Source: a virus. From it: a stretch of 64,000 nucleotides of DNA. Location: positions 64,001-128,000 of IMG/VR virus record IMGVR_UViG_3300047510_001668; one strand, 5' to 3'. Both the position numbers and the translations under genes were made by a program. The notes beneath the pieces are model-generated. The model did no database searches, was not told the DNA's origin, and worked only from the letters and a program-made list of their open reading frames with translations. Below are positions 1 to 9,883 of this stretch, piece after piece. How positions within the stretch are numbered: the stretch's first letter is position 1; the number at the start of each line of letters is the position of its first letter.

Positions 1-408
1 GGCTGTTTGTTCTTCATTCACATTGAAGGTGTATACTGTGCCATTGATGCTGGCAGTGAATTTCACAGTGGAATCAATGGAAAGTTGTGAGCCCACGGTG
101 TTCACTTTGGGGACATCAATGTTTACATAGGCTTTGGCTGATGTTCTGGAACGTGGTGTGTACCCCAACATCTTGGCTAAAGAAATTACAGATGTTCTCT
201 TGATGGCTGTGTCAATGAACATTTCATTGGCTTGCATGTTGGCTAACACAGCATTGTAGTGTGTGTTGTATGCCAACACATCTAATAGTGTGTTTAATGC
301 AGAGCCCGTGAAATCATAATCAGTGAATTCTGTTTGTGCTGCCAGATATGTTCGTAAACTAGTTTTGATGTCTGCAAAATCCAGTTCGGTGACAATAAGT
401 TCTGCCAT
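1..408 (-). CDS. gp6: baseplate wedge protein gp6, N-terminal part (runs off window)
   Basis: My translation MAELIVTELDFADIKTSLRTYLAAQTEFTDYDFTGSALNTLLDVLAYNTHYN is the typical gp6 start; ATG overlaps gp25 stop (TAATG). Confidence 0.92.
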   Translation of the reverse strand, partial: MAELIVTELDFADIKTSLRTYLAAQTEFTDYDFTGSALNTLLDVLAYNTHYNAVLANMQANEMFIDTAIKRTSVISLAKMLGYTPRSRTSAKAYVNIDVPKVNTVGSQLSIDSTVKFTASINGTVYTFNVNEEQTA

Positions 409-809
409 TATCGTAATCTCTCTAAGGTGATGGACATAGATGTGGGTTGATTGATTCCAACTACTGAAAAGTATATGGACACTTCATATGAATTTGCATC
501 TTCATCTGGCTCCACAGTAACACTGTCCAATGCAATTCTGGGTTCAAAATTTCCTAAAGTGTATTCAATGGACTTCTGAATGGTTCTGGATGTGATGTAA
601 TCAATGGGTTCAAACAACAATGCTCTTAACGAGGACCCTAGGTCTGGATTGAATGGACGTTCACCAAAAGCTGTGTTGATGAGAGCTGTAACGCTTTGCT
701 TGACCGCATTATTATCAATCTTCTTCAGCACATCTCCTGTTTCAGGATGAGCCTCAAAAGAAAAATCCACATCTTTGTAAAGTTTATTGGGAGTAGATAG
801 AATGGGCAT
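408..809 (-). CDS. gp25: baseplate wedge subunit gp25
   Basis: YKDVDFSF..HP..GD, GERPFNPDLGS, EPRI motifs. Confidence 0.93.
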   Translation of the reverse strand: MPILSTPNKLYKDVDFSFEAHPETGDVLKKIDNNAVKQSVTALINTAFGERPFNPDLGSSLRALLFEPIDYITSRTIQKSIEYTLGNFEPRIALDSVTVEPDEDANSYEVSIYFSVVGINQPTSMSITLERLR

Positions 810-818
810 TTTTGATAA

Positions 819-826
819 TATTTATA
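819..826 (-). promoter_or_regulatory. T4-type late promoter TATAAATA
   Basis: Exact TATAAATA 10 bp upstream of gp25. Confidence 0.8.
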
Positions 827-830
827 TGGG

Positions 831-2630
831 TTATTGGATGAAATTAACTATGATATCCTTACATCTACGTCCATTTGATACTGCATATTCATGATTCCAG
901 AAGGTTCCGAAGGTTTTTCTACATCCCGTAGGATTGAATGACACATGGATCCAGGCAGCCACATAACCTCTACGTTGTTCATATTCCAATAGAAGCTGGT
1001 CAAACGTGAGATTATTTTTGATCCAGCTGGCAATGGCAGCGTAATCCTTAGGATTGGTAGAGGTGAATTGTAAATCTGCTGCTTGTCCAACCATGTGCTG
1101 AGAATTGGTGGCTCCGCCACGAGGTTTGAAATTTCTAAACCCAGATGAAACAATCATATCTCCATACTTGTCTTTGATGGGGTCCAACACATTTTCTGCC
1201 AATGCTTTTAGATTGCATGCAATTTCTTGCTTACTCAACACACGCTTGTCTACCGGACGTCCGAATGCCATGATACCTGTAACTTTACCTGGATGTGCTC
1301 GAGCCTTAGATGTCAAGTCCGCCACAGTGAAATGTTTAGATAGTTTATCAGATAATTGATAGTTGGCTTGTTGACCAAACACACCACATGTGGCGGTAAC
1401 TTGCACGGGACGAACAGGAACTTGTGTATCAAATTGTTCAGGAGACACGTCAGGTGGGAGAGCGTTGGCTTCTTCTTCAGTGATACGTCCTTCAGAAACC
1501 GCCTTGTTAATGGCATCTCGAACTGTTGCGCCATCACCATCATTGTCACTCAATGAGTCAAATTCTGTGGTTAAAGCATCTCTGCGACTCACACCAAAGA
1601 TGTATGGTAAATTCACTCTGGATATATCAATAGGATCAATGGTTGTTAAAGGAGCAAGAGGTGCACTAATAACAGGTCCTGACGTGATGATGGAAGTACC
1701 TGAAATGTTGGTGAATACATCAGAATGTAAAACCAAATCCAATTTAGAGGCCAGTTTCAATTCCTTACCTGCCTTGAGCTCTAAATCACCATGTGAATGT
1801 ATTTTCAAGTTGCCATCCACCTCAAAATTGCAATCATTCTTTATATACACATTGCAGGAACCTTCCACGGTGATGTTCGTGGATCCACGAATCAACACAT
1901 TGTTGTTTCGTAGGAGTATTTCATAGTTGTCACCCACAACTTTCTGTATCATGGTGCCATTATTGTCCACATCAACATAGGTACCTGCGGTGTGGTACAT
2001 GGTGATGCGTTCAGCGTTTGGTGTATCATCCACCTCAAACACATGACCTGATTCTGATTCATAGACATGGTTGTAAGGATATCTGGCAGCATATGAGGTT
2101 TCAGGTTGATTCCAACTTTCACCTCCCATGGCCACTTCCACGCCTGACACTAAATCCGCATCTTTCAATTGCACAACAGTATCATCAATGTTTTCATTTC
2201 TTGCCAATCTATTGGTGTCAGGCTCATTTTTTTCTAGATAACTAGCCCGAGGATATTCACCATTGGGATCCTTGAATCCATGTTTCGTGTCTTTTTGAAT
2301 TTTTTCTTGATATTCTTTTGAAGGAGCTCCACCCAATGTTCCCATGATGAAAGGTTCTTGACCTTCAGACCCATCTCGAAAGAATCCTATCACCCAGGTG
2401 CCAGGGACTGGTCCTGTAGGTGTGCTACCTACACCTGACATGGCAGCAGAGGTGATGGGTTGCATGGGATGAGCCCAAGGCAAATCTTCTACAGGAAGTT
2501 CTGACACATTGGGTGTATGATAGCCTACAATACGAACGCGACATCGACCCATCATCAATGGGTCATCACGGTCTTCCACCACACCTACCCACCAATAGAA
2601 TCCATTATCTCCATACACATTCTGTTGCAT
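831..2630 (-). CDS. gp5: baseplate hub/spike gp5 with C-terminal peptidase M15 domain
   Basis: N-terminal WWVGVVEDRDDPLMMGRCRVRI OB-fold, beta-helix repeats, C-terminal SSGFR..SQHMVGQAAD..WIHVSF. Confidence 0.9.
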   Translation of the reverse strand: MQQNVYGDNGFYWWVGVVEDRDDPLMMGRCRVRIVGYHTPNVSELPVEDLPWAHPMQPITSAAMSGVGSTPTGPVPGTWVIGFFRDGSEGQEPFIMGTLGGAPSKEYQEKIQKDTKHGFKDPNGEYPRASYLEKNEPDTNRLARNENIDDTVVQLKDADLVSGVEVAMGGESWNQPETSYAARYPYNHVYESESGHVFEVDDTPNAERITMYHTAGTYVDVDNNGTMIQKVVGDNYEILLRNNNVLIRGSTNITVEGSCNVYIKNDCNFEVDGNLKIHSHGDLELKAGKELKLASKLDLVLHSDVFTNISGTSIITSGPVISAPLAPLTTIDPIDISRVNLPYIFGVSRRDALTTEFDSLSDNDGDGATVRDAINKAVSEGRITEEEANALPPDVSPEQFDTQVPVRPVQVTATCGVFGQQANYQLSDKLSKHFTVADLTSKARAHPGKVTGIMAFGRPVDKRVLSKQEIACNLKALAENVLDPIKDKYGDMIVSSGFRNFKPRGGATNSQHMVGQAADLQFTSTNPKDYAAIASWIKNNLTFDQLLLEYEQRRGYVAAWIHVSFNPTGCRKTFGTFWNHEYAVSNGRRCKDIIVNFIQ

Positions 2631-3880
2631 TATTCTGGGCTCCTTCTATATGAATCTTTCATGATTTCCAATAGCATGATGTGTTGACCTAGAACAAATT
2701 CATGTCGAATATGTGTGATGAGATATTTTCCAGATAGTTGAGGATCCAATATATTAGACATGGATGTTCTATCATTTTTAGATATGGACTTAGGAATGTC
2801 ACACTTAATCACCTTGCCCACTTCAATGTCCGTTCTTCCATGCACTTCAATCACATACCGAGATGTTTGAGCTTCATACAACAAGCTGTTTCTCAATGGT
2901 GCCCACGTTTGATAATGTGGGTCTGTGTAATCATTCCACAGTTTCGTGTCCAAACTTTTCACTCTACGATAGTTGTTTGGGTCTTTAGGTGTGGCATCAC
3001 GAAACAATTGTGGTGTGTTTATACCTTCTAAATTGTTTTGCCCTTTGCGTGCTGTGGCATAATCAAAAGGCCATTCAATGTATTGTTTAGTGACCATGTC
3101 ATGTGTTATCAACTTGTTGGCGTAGTACCCAAAATCTTGTCCCTTCAACACATCAAAAAATCCTATTTTTGTAATATTCTTGATGAAGAAGTATTGTTCC
3201 AAGTCAGAGGAACTCAACGTAGTGGCTTTAGGTGACAACGTATAGGTTCCGTATAGCCTGTCTCGTTGATTTTTAATCAAGGCATCTATGCTCATGCAAT
3301 AGAAATTTTTATTGCTTTCAAAAAACAACGTGTTGGGAACTTCTCGATATCCCCCATTCGTCAGCCAGTTGATGGTTTTCAATGCTGTCCAGTGATTGGG
3401 AAGCACTGTGGCTTTAGTGGTGTGTTGTTCTATGTATAAATCTTTTTTCACATTCAGATGTTCATTGTAAATTTTTTCAATCAAATCACTTGTGGATCCT
3501 GAAAGGCGCGAAGTTAGATAGGTGGTGGAATCCAAGAATCCTTCCACGGCAATCAGATTGAACACATACTGTTCTTCATTATCACCTAGCTGTCGTTCTG
3601 AAATGGATGAGATGTAGAAATCTTTCTTGATGGAAGATGCCACAGGCATAGTGGGCGTTCGAAATGCCACAGTGATGAGCTCAGTTCCTATCACAGGTAG
3701 TGTGGTGATTAAACTGGCAGCATCAGTAATAACCATGTGCCCGGTCATGACATTGCTGAAAATGTCCTCATATATCACAGTTTGCAGCACAAATGCAGAA
3801 ATATCTAGTTGTTTACCTTTGGATGTCAGGATGATGGCATCTGTGACATATTCACCAACTTTATTCAGTGTTTCAGCCAT
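2630..3880 (-). CDS. putative baseplate hub protein (gp27-like)
   Basis: Between gp53 and gp5; IYEDIFS..G, VHGRTDIEVGKVI, SGKYLITHIRH hub-like motifs. Confidence 0.65.
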   Translation of the reverse strand: MAETLNKVGEYVTDAIILTSKGKQLDISAFVLQTVIYEDIFSNVMTGHMVITDAASLITTLPVIGTELITVAFRTPTMPVASSIKKDFYISSISERQLGDNEEQYVFNLIAVEGFLDSTTYLTSRLSGSTSDLIEKIYNEHLNVKKDLYIEQHTTKATVLPNHWTALKTINWLTNGGYREVPNTLFFESNKNFYCMSIDALIKNQRDRLYGTYTLSPKATTLSSSDLEQYFFIKNITKIGFFDVLKGQDFGYYANKLITHDMVTKQYIEWPFDYATARKGQNNLEGINTPQLFRDATPKDPNNYRRVKSLDTKLWNDYTDPHYQTWAPLRNSLLYEAQTSRYVIEVHGRTDIEVGKVIKCDIPKSISKNDRTSMSNILDPQLSGKYLITHIRHEFVLGQHIMLLEIMKDSYRRSPE

Positions 3881-4581
3881 TATAAACCTATCAGTCTATT
3901 GAATTCTCTTTCCACCGCGGTCACATAGACAGGAGGTAGAACTTTAATGTTTCTCTTGGCATCATTCTGTTCAATTTCATGTTCCAAGTTGGTTACAGAA
4001 ATGATGTTAGGGTTGCCCGCATCATAATCCACGATGTATTCCAGGTTTGTATCATAGTAATGATGCACTCTGTTGGTGGGTAACGTCACAGAGGAAATAG
4101 TCAATCCTGTGACTTCTGTGGTCAAGTTGTTCATGGTGGCAGATGTGGTCAATGGTTGAAATCCATTTTGTGACCTGATGTAGATGGTGTTGCCGCTCTT
4201 GGATGAAACTACAAATTTCCCACCTGTGCTGGATTGCAATTCATCATCTACTGTATAAGCAGCTCCACTGGGTACCGTGATGACCGTGTCATAGTTCATG
4301 TACACACGGTCCACCACCTTGTTGTCACGAACAGGCCATTCTTCTCTAGGGTCAATGATGTTGTTCACCATGAGAATCATCCAATGATTGAATGGTGTTC
4401 CATAGAACTTTTCTGACACCAGTTCTGGAGTTTCACCATCCAACACAATGTATTTTTCCAGGTACACAGAATTTTCATTGAATTTGTCGGACAAGGTGAC
4501 GCGACTGAATATGTCCCGCACCAACAGGAACTTTTCATTTTGAGTTAAAGATAGATATGGAAACTTTTGAAAATATGACAT
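3880..4581 (-). CDS. gp53: baseplate wedge subunit gp53
   Basis: MSYFQKFP, DGETPELVSEKFYG..HWMILMVNNIIDP..EWP, NDAKRNIKVL. Confidence 0.9.
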   Translation of the reverse strand: MSYFQKFPYLSLTQNEKFLLVRDIFSRVTLSDKFNENSVYLEKYIVLDGETPELVSEKFYGTPFNHWMILMVNNIIDPREEWPVRDNKVVDRVYMNYDTVITVPSGAAYTVDDELQSSTGGKFVVSSKSGNTIYIRSQNGFQPLTTSATMNNLTTEVTGLTISSVTLPTNRVHHYYDTNLEYIVDYDAGNPNIISVTNLEHEIEQNDAKRNIKVLPPVYVTAVEREFNRLIGL

Positions 4582-5750
4582 TAGTAACCTTGTTCAATAC
4601 GGTCAGCTGTAAGAATTTCCAATTCAGTGAATGAAAGTTGCAACGTCATTTCAGAAGGAGCTCCTGGGACTTCTCGGAATGTAGTGAAATCAGAACCACC
4701 ATACTCCACCTTCAAATCTGTTAGTGCGCAGTTGGAAATTTTAAACAGATGATTGTTTTCTTGGTTTCTGTAGAAGTATTGAATTTCAAATTCAGCAGGA
4801 TATCCTAGGAACACACCCCCAGTAGCTTGATTTCTAGTAGGGTGCATGTATTTCTTGAAAGTTTTAATGATTTTTTGTACTTCATTGTATTCAGCTTCAT
4901 CTTTAGGAAGAAACACATAACTGAATGTGAAGGTACGAAATCCCATGTTTTTAAACAATTGCACAGTGAATGGATTGATAGCCACGCCCAATGAAGAAGA
5001 AGCTAGTGCTTCCACATCACCTAATGCACCCAAAGGACCTTTGTTCACATTCTTCAAGAAATATCCTGCAGCTGCAGGACCTGCACCTTTAATGGCGTTC
5101 ATGGCAGAATCCATTAATCCTTCACCATTGTTGGACAGTGCAGAACGCAATCCACTAACTGCCTTTAATAAAGCATCGGATGCCAAAGCACCAATGTCAG
5201 CATCCTTCCAGAACGCTTTGTAGGATGCTGAAGGCTTATCATTCAAGTACAATGCCACAACATCTTTTAGATACACACGTTCACGATTCTCAGTGAGTGT
5301 TTCTATTCGGTCAGTTTGTGACAAGGCCAGGCCGGCGCCGCCACCTGCGACTGTTCCACCTGCTGTGACAAGTGTGGGTGCAGTTCCTCCAAAAGTCTTG
5401 GCAATTTTCTTCACAAAAGAAGAACCAGCCTGTGCACCACCAAAAACCAATCCAGTCTCAAAAGCAATTTTACCAGCTTCGACATTTCTATCAGGCCGAT
5501 GACTGTTAGACAGATTCACTTTAAAATTTCTAACAGTTTCATTTGCAGGAACATCACCTTGTCTTTTGGTGATGAAAAACATGGTGTAGTGAGGAAAGTC
5601 TAAATCTGTCTGACCAATTTCACTGGGGTAACGCATCACATTGAATGTTCTGTTTTCTTTTTGGAATGACACCCCTTGCGCTGTACGTAAATCTTGCACA
5701 GCAGCACGATTCTTAGGAACATCACTGGCGGAATTGGGAGGGTTAGGCAT
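4581..5750 (-). CDS. gp48: baseplate tail-tube cap gp48
   Basis: INPFTVQLFKNMGFRTFTFSYVFLPKD..E, YPAEFEI, CALTDLKVEY. Confidence 0.88.
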   Translation of the reverse strand: MPNPPNSASDVPKNRAAVQDLRTAQGVSFQKENRTFNVMRYPSEIGQTDLDFPHYTMFFITKRQGDVPANETVRNFKVNLSNSHRPDRNVEAGKIAFETGLVFGGAQAGSSFVKKIAKTFGGTAPTLVTAGGTVAGGGAGLALSQTDRIETLTENRERVYLKDVVALYLNDKPSASYKAFWKDADIGALASDALLKAVSGLRSALSNNGEGLMDSAMNAIKGAGPAAAGYFLKNVNKGPLGALGDVEALASSSLGVAINPFTVQLFKNMGFRTFTFSYVFLPKDEAEYNEVQKIIKTFKKYMHPTRNQATGGVFLGYPAEFEIQYFYRNQENNHLFKISNCALTDLKVEYGGSDFTTFREVPGAPSEMTLQLSFTELEILTADRIEQGY

Positions 5751-5777
5751 AAATATTCCTGGAAAATTTTACCTGAT

Positions 5778-5785
5778 TATTTATA
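5778..5785 (-). promoter_or_regulatory. late promoter TATAAATA for gp48-gp53 block
   Basis: Exact consensus; a divergent CATAAATA variant at 5748-5755 faces gp4. Confidence 0.75.
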
Positions 5786-6243
5786 TGGCCTACGTGAAAG
5801 ACACCTACAAAGGAAGATTCCTCCCCACGAAACCTCAGAAATACATCGGGGACACCTCCAACATCATCTACCGAAGCAGTTATGAATTGAAATTCATGAA
5901 ATGGTGTGACATGAATGGCTCTGTTAGACGTTGGGCCAGTGAGGAAATTGTCATCCCCTATCTCAGTCCTGCCGACGGTGAAATGCACCGATATTTCGTG
6001 GACTTTTTCATAGAAGTGGTCACCAAAGATGGTGGCATAAAGAAATATCTGGTGGAGGTGAAGCCCTATAGATACACTCAACCACCTGTGATACCTAAAA
6101 GAAAAACCCAACGCTTCATCTCGGAAGTGAAGCAATGGGGTGTGAACAATGCCAAGTGGGAGGCTGCAAAACGCTTTGCCAAGCAGAACAACATGGAGTT
6201 CATGTTGATTACCGAGAAGGATTTACAAACTTCGTATAAATAG
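5785..6243 (+). CDS. gp4: head completion nuclease gp4 (TnsA-like)
   Basis: YKGRF.P..PQKY.GD..NIIYRSSYE, WASEE, HRYFVDF, EVKP; start moved to MAYVKD. Confidence 0.9.
   Translation: MAYVKDTYKGRFLPTKPQKYIGDTSNIIYRSSYELKFMKWCDMNGSVRRWASEEIVIPYLSPADGEMHRYFVDFFIEVVTKDGGIKKYLVEVKPYRYTQPPVIPKRKTQRFISEVKQWGVNNAKWEAAKRFAKQNNMEFMLITEKDLQTSYK
6235..6242 (+). promoter_or_regulatory. late promoter TATAAATA
   Basis: Exact consensus overlapping gp4 stop, upstream of gp2. Confidence 0.8.
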
Positions 6244-6279
6244 TAGAGATATTTAAATCATTCCGGACATAGTGAATTT

Positions 6280-6894
6280 ATGTCCCTGTCAAGTAGTAGT
6301 CAAGCCCCTATTTCACCACTTATGCCTGCCAATCCTATCACCACATTACGAGAACGGGAAACTCCCACCAGTTCATTCCGATGGTATCAGGACATGATTC
6401 GGAAGCTGGGAGCATCCAACATCACCCCTCAGAAGGTGATGAAAAGTGATATTGGTGAACTGGTGACATCTGTGGTTTCTGGCAACATGTATCTGTTCAT
6501 GTACGACCCGAAAACAGCAGACAAATTGCCATTCTACGACACCCTGCCTGTGGTGGTGATGTTCAGAAAAGTACAAGATGGATTCTATGGGTTGAATCTT
6601 CATTATCTTCCACCCATGATGCGAATGAGATTGTTGGATAGAATGATGGAAGTGGTGAATGATGAGGCCATGGGAGAAAACACCAAAATGATGGTGACCT
6701 GGAAGTTGTTGAGTAACGTCAGTAGATATCCAGGTGCCAACGTGGCAGTGAAACGATATCTGTACAATCAAATCAGTTCCAGAATCATGAGAATCTATCC
6801 CAAAGACTGGCGGAAAACCATCATGTTGCCTATTGACAACTTTGAAAAAGCATCACGCAATCAAGTATTCAACGACTCACGGAGTAAGATGTAA
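6280..6894 (+). CDS. gp2: DNA end protector gp2
   Basis: GNMYLFMYDPKTADKLPFYD..P, GLNLHYLPP, W...MLP. Confidence 0.9.
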   Translation: MSLSSSSQAPISPLMPANPITTLRERETPTSSFRWYQDMIRKLGASNITPQKVMKSDIGELVTSVVSGNMYLFMYDPKTADKLPFYDTLPVVVMFRKVQDGFYGLNLHYLPPMMRMRLLDRMMEVVNDEAMGENTKMMVTWKLLSNVSRYPGANVAVKRYLYNQISSRIMRIYPKDWRKTIMLPIDNFEKASRNQVFNDSRSKM

Positions 6895-7784
6895 TGACCG
6901 TACAAATTCTTGGAAGAGCAGGAGTCCCATCACTGAATGATTTTCTAAGTTTTGTTAGATTGAACAATCTAGCCAGACAAGAAAGATTCTTTGCAGGCAT
7001 TGCCATGCCTGGCATCAGTGAAGGACCATATTTAAATAGTGACTTGCAAGTTTTGAACTTGTTGTGTGAACAGGCGTCATTACCTGGAAAAAACATCAAT
7101 GTCAGAACTTTGCGAGTGAATGGTATTAATGAATATCGCGCCGGTACCATTGATTACGGCGGAGAAAGCATCACACTGCAATTTCTAGTGGATGGAAATT
7201 ATCGTGTTCGAGACATTATGGAAAAATGGATGAATCGTTGTGTGAGCACAGACACCCCTTCCAGAAATGAAGTGGAGTTCTATAACAATTACATTGGCAC
7301 CATCACTCTGCATGCCTTGATGCCCGCAGGTATTCCAGGTGAAGCGTTGTTCAACTGGAGCCCCACACAAGCAGATGTTGGATTGAATTCGGCATTAAAC
7401 AACCTCAGAAGTAAAAATCGTGCATTAGGAGTTCTAGCCACTAAAGCCACACAACTAGGCATGAACAAGGTGAATGAAGCCGTCGCTCGTGCCAAGTCTG
7501 GATTAGCCAGAAATATTCCTCCTGAGGCATTGGAAGCATTTCGTGACACAGAAACCACTGTGTTTGGAGTGCAACTGCATGATTGTTGGCCTCGATCCAT
7601 GAATGTGATGCCATTAGGATATGATGCTGTGGGTGTGGCGCGACTCACCATGACATTCACTTATCGTCACTGGACTTCAGAAGTGAAAGGTGCAGACACA
7701 TTTGATGTTAATGCCACCAACGCCTTGAACAAAGGATTATCAAAGTTTATAAACAAAACCATAAAAAGAACACCCAACGAATAA
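6894..7784 (+). CDS. gp54: tail tube-fold protein (gp54/gp19-like initiator)
   Basis: LCEQASLPG, ITLQFLVD..Y.VR..MEKW, CWPRSM..MPL, TFTYRHW. Confidence 0.7.
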   Translation: MTVQILGRAGVPSLNDFLSFVRLNNLARQERFFAGIAMPGISEGPYLNSDLQVLNLLCEQASLPGKNINVRTLRVNGINEYRAGTIDYGGESITLQFLVDGNYRVRDIMEKWMNRCVSTDTPSRNEVEFYNNYIGTITLHALMPAGIPGEALFNWSPTQADVGLNSALNNLRSKNRALGVLATKATQLGMNKVNEAVARAKSGLARNIPPEALEAFRDTETTVFGVQLHDCWPRSMNVMPLGYDAVGVARLTMTFTYRHWTSEVKGADTFDVNATNALNKGLSKFINKTIKRTPNE

Positions 7785-7795
7785 GAGGTTGATAT

Positions 7796-8485
7796 ATGAT
7801 ACCACAAGTGAAAGTGCCAACTTTTTCCATTACATTGCCAGTATCCAAAGAAAAAGTTGATTTTAGACCATTTTTAGTTAAAGAAGAAAAAATTCTGTTA
7901 TTGGTGAAGGATTCCAAGGATCCCAAAGATGTGGCCAGAGCTATAGGTGATGTTGTGTCTAGCTGTACTTTTGACAAAATGAACATCCACAAATATTGTT
8001 TGGCTGATGTGCAATATGCCTTCATTCAGATTCGTGGCAAGTCCATCGGTGAGGATTTGGAGTTGAATTTGAAGTGTGGAGGATGTGATGGCGGCAACAG
8101 CTTCATTCTGTCCGTGAATGATTTTGATGTGTTGAACAAAGATGTGAACAATGACATCAACATGGGTGACATCACTGTTCGTATGAAATCTCCCACCATT
8201 GAGCATTACACCACGTTGCTGTTGAATGATGACATGGAAACTATTTTTTCTGTGATTTGTGGGTGTATTGAGAAAATCTACTCAGGTGAAGAAGTGTTCA
8301 TCAATGAACCTGGGTTTGAAAACCAAATTCAAGAATTCTTAGACAATCTTCCTTCAGAAGAATTTGATAAAATCAAACAGTATTTTAGCACCATGCCTAT
8401 GCTACACAAGAAAATAGAATTCACCTGTAAACATTGCAAAACAGGCAATGAATTTTTGATTGACGGGCTATCAAATTTTTTTTAG
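7796..8485 (+). CDS. gp26: baseplate hub assembly protein gp26
   Basis: PTFSITLPVSKEKVDFRPFLVKEEKILL, IRGKSIGE, C..C, DGLSNFF end. Confidence 0.88.
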   Translation: MIPQVKVPTFSITLPVSKEKVDFRPFLVKEEKILLLVKDSKDPKDVARAIGDVVSSCTFDKMNIHKYCLADVQYAFIQIRGKSIGEDLELNLKCGGCDGGNSFILSVNDFDVLNKDVNNDINMGDITVRMKSPTIEHYTTLLLNDDMETIFSVICGCIEKIYSGEEVFINEPGFENQIQEFLDNLPSEEFDKIKQYFSTMPMLHKKIEFTCKHCKTGNEFLIDGLSNFF

Positions 8486-8505
8486 TAACTCTTTCTCATG
8501 ATACC

Positions 8506-8646
8506 ATGGAGAATTTCTACAAAGTGAACTTCATTTTGATGCAGAACCATAAATATTCATTAACTGAGTTGGAAAACATGATGCCGTGGGAAAGAGAGAT
8601 ATACATTTCAATGTTGTTGAAGTATTTGGAAAAACAAAATAGCTAA
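8506..8646 (+). CDS. gp51: baseplate hub assembly catalyst gp51 (not in ORF track)
   Basis: My translation MENFYKVNFILMQNHKYSLTELENMMPWEREIYISMLLKYLEKQNS. Confidence 0.88.
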   Translation: MENFYKVNFILMQNHKYSLTELENMMPWEREIYISMLLKYLEKQNS

Positions 8647-8657
8647 CAGGAACTATC

Positions 8658-9845
8658 ATGCCTTCAGGTACCGCCAAATCACGTAAACGTCCCAACGTCA
8701 GTGAAGATACTTTGCGAGAAATCAAGCGTCTCCTCACAGGAGATGCAACTGACTCCTTCAAGCCTGCCACATTTGGTGAATCCTTGAAGTATAATTTTCT
8801 TGGTGTGACACCCCAAAAGGAAGAAAAGGCTGGGGGATTTGGTAAAGCCTTGATGGCAGAGGCACAGAGTCAGTTTCGTGGATTGTTTGGCATCAAAACC
8901 ACAAAAAAAGAACGAGAAGAAGAAGCTGCCATGATGGCAGCAGAAGCTGAAAGAAAAGAAGCTGAAGCCAAAAAGAAAGAGGCCCAAGAAGCCAAAGAAA
9001 GAAAGATGCGTGAAGATGAGGTGAAAGCTGCTAAAGGTTCAGCAAAAAATATTTTTGTTGTGGCCACCACCTTACGTGCTGTTTTGAGTGAAGTGAACAC
9101 CATTCGACGTGTGGTGGAAGGCAGCATGAAACGTGAGAAAGGCGGGAGATACCGTGACGCAGATACTGGTCGTTACACCACTGCCACTTCAGGCATAGAT
9201 GTTCCCACAGCAGCAGAAATAGATTCAGGTGATGAGCTTGTGGCTGCAAAACTAGAAGAATTGTCGGAAAACCAACAGGCAGGGACAGACATTGATGTGA
9301 ATCTTGGCGGGGGCCCTGGCAGCATTTTTCCTAGACTGTTTCCACAGAAACCTATCACAACTGGACCCACGGTGAAACCAGGGGCAACAACTGCACGTAA
9401 TGCTGGTGCTAAAATTTTGGGGCGTGAAGTGGCAGAACAAGGCAGCAAAACAGCATTAAAAAGTGTATTGAAGAAAGTACCTGTTGTGGGATTACTGGCA
9501 GGAGGTGCCTTTGCAGCCGGCCGCGCCATGCGCGGTGATTTAACTGGAGCTGGTATGGAATTGGCTTCAGGTACTGCCAGCATGATGCCTGGGGCTGGGA
9601 CTGCCGCTAGCCTAGGGATTGATGCCGCTTTGATGGCTCGGGACATGTCCAGAACAGCAAGCCTGGAATCCGGCAGTCAAGCTGCAACACAACCGGTCAC
9701 TGTGAACAATGTGGATGCATCTACAAATCCTGTGATTGCACCTCAATCCGGCACACCAGCAGGAACACAGTCCACGATATCTCTCCGTGATACACACGGA
9801 AGTCATTTAAGATTCCAAGAAAATAGATTAACTCGACCCATGTAA
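8658..9845 (+). CDS. putative tape-measure/gp29-like hub protein
   Basis: Follows gp26/51; Ala/Gly-rich helical, KKVPVVGLLAG..GDLTGAGMELASG motif. Confidence 0.5.
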   Translation: MPSGTAKSRKRPNVSEDTLREIKRLLTGDATDSFKPATFGESLKYNFLGVTPQKEEKAGGFGKALMAEAQSQFRGLFGIKTTKKEREEEAAMMAAEAERKEAEAKKKEAQEAKERKMREDEVKAAKGSAKNIFVVATTLRAVLSEVNTIRRVVEGSMKREKGGRYRDADTGRYTTATSGIDVPTAAEIDSGDELVAAKLEELSENQQAGTDIDVNLGGGPGSIFPRLFPQKPITTGPTVKPGATTARNAGAKILGREVAEQGSKTALKSVLKKVPVVGLLAGGAFAAGRAMRGDLTGAGMELASGTASMMPGAGTAASLGIDAALMARDMSRTASLESGSQAATQPVTVNNVDASTNPVIAPQSGTPAGTQSTISLRDTHGSHLRFQENRLTRPM

Positions 9846-9851
9846 AATAAA

Positions 9852-9874
9852 AAAGGGGCCTTTTGGGCCCCTTT
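9852..9874. terminator. bidirectional intrinsic terminator
   Basis: AAAGGGGCC-TTTTG-GGCCCCTTT between convergent genes. Confidence 0.85.
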
Positions 9875-9883
9875 CCTATTCGA

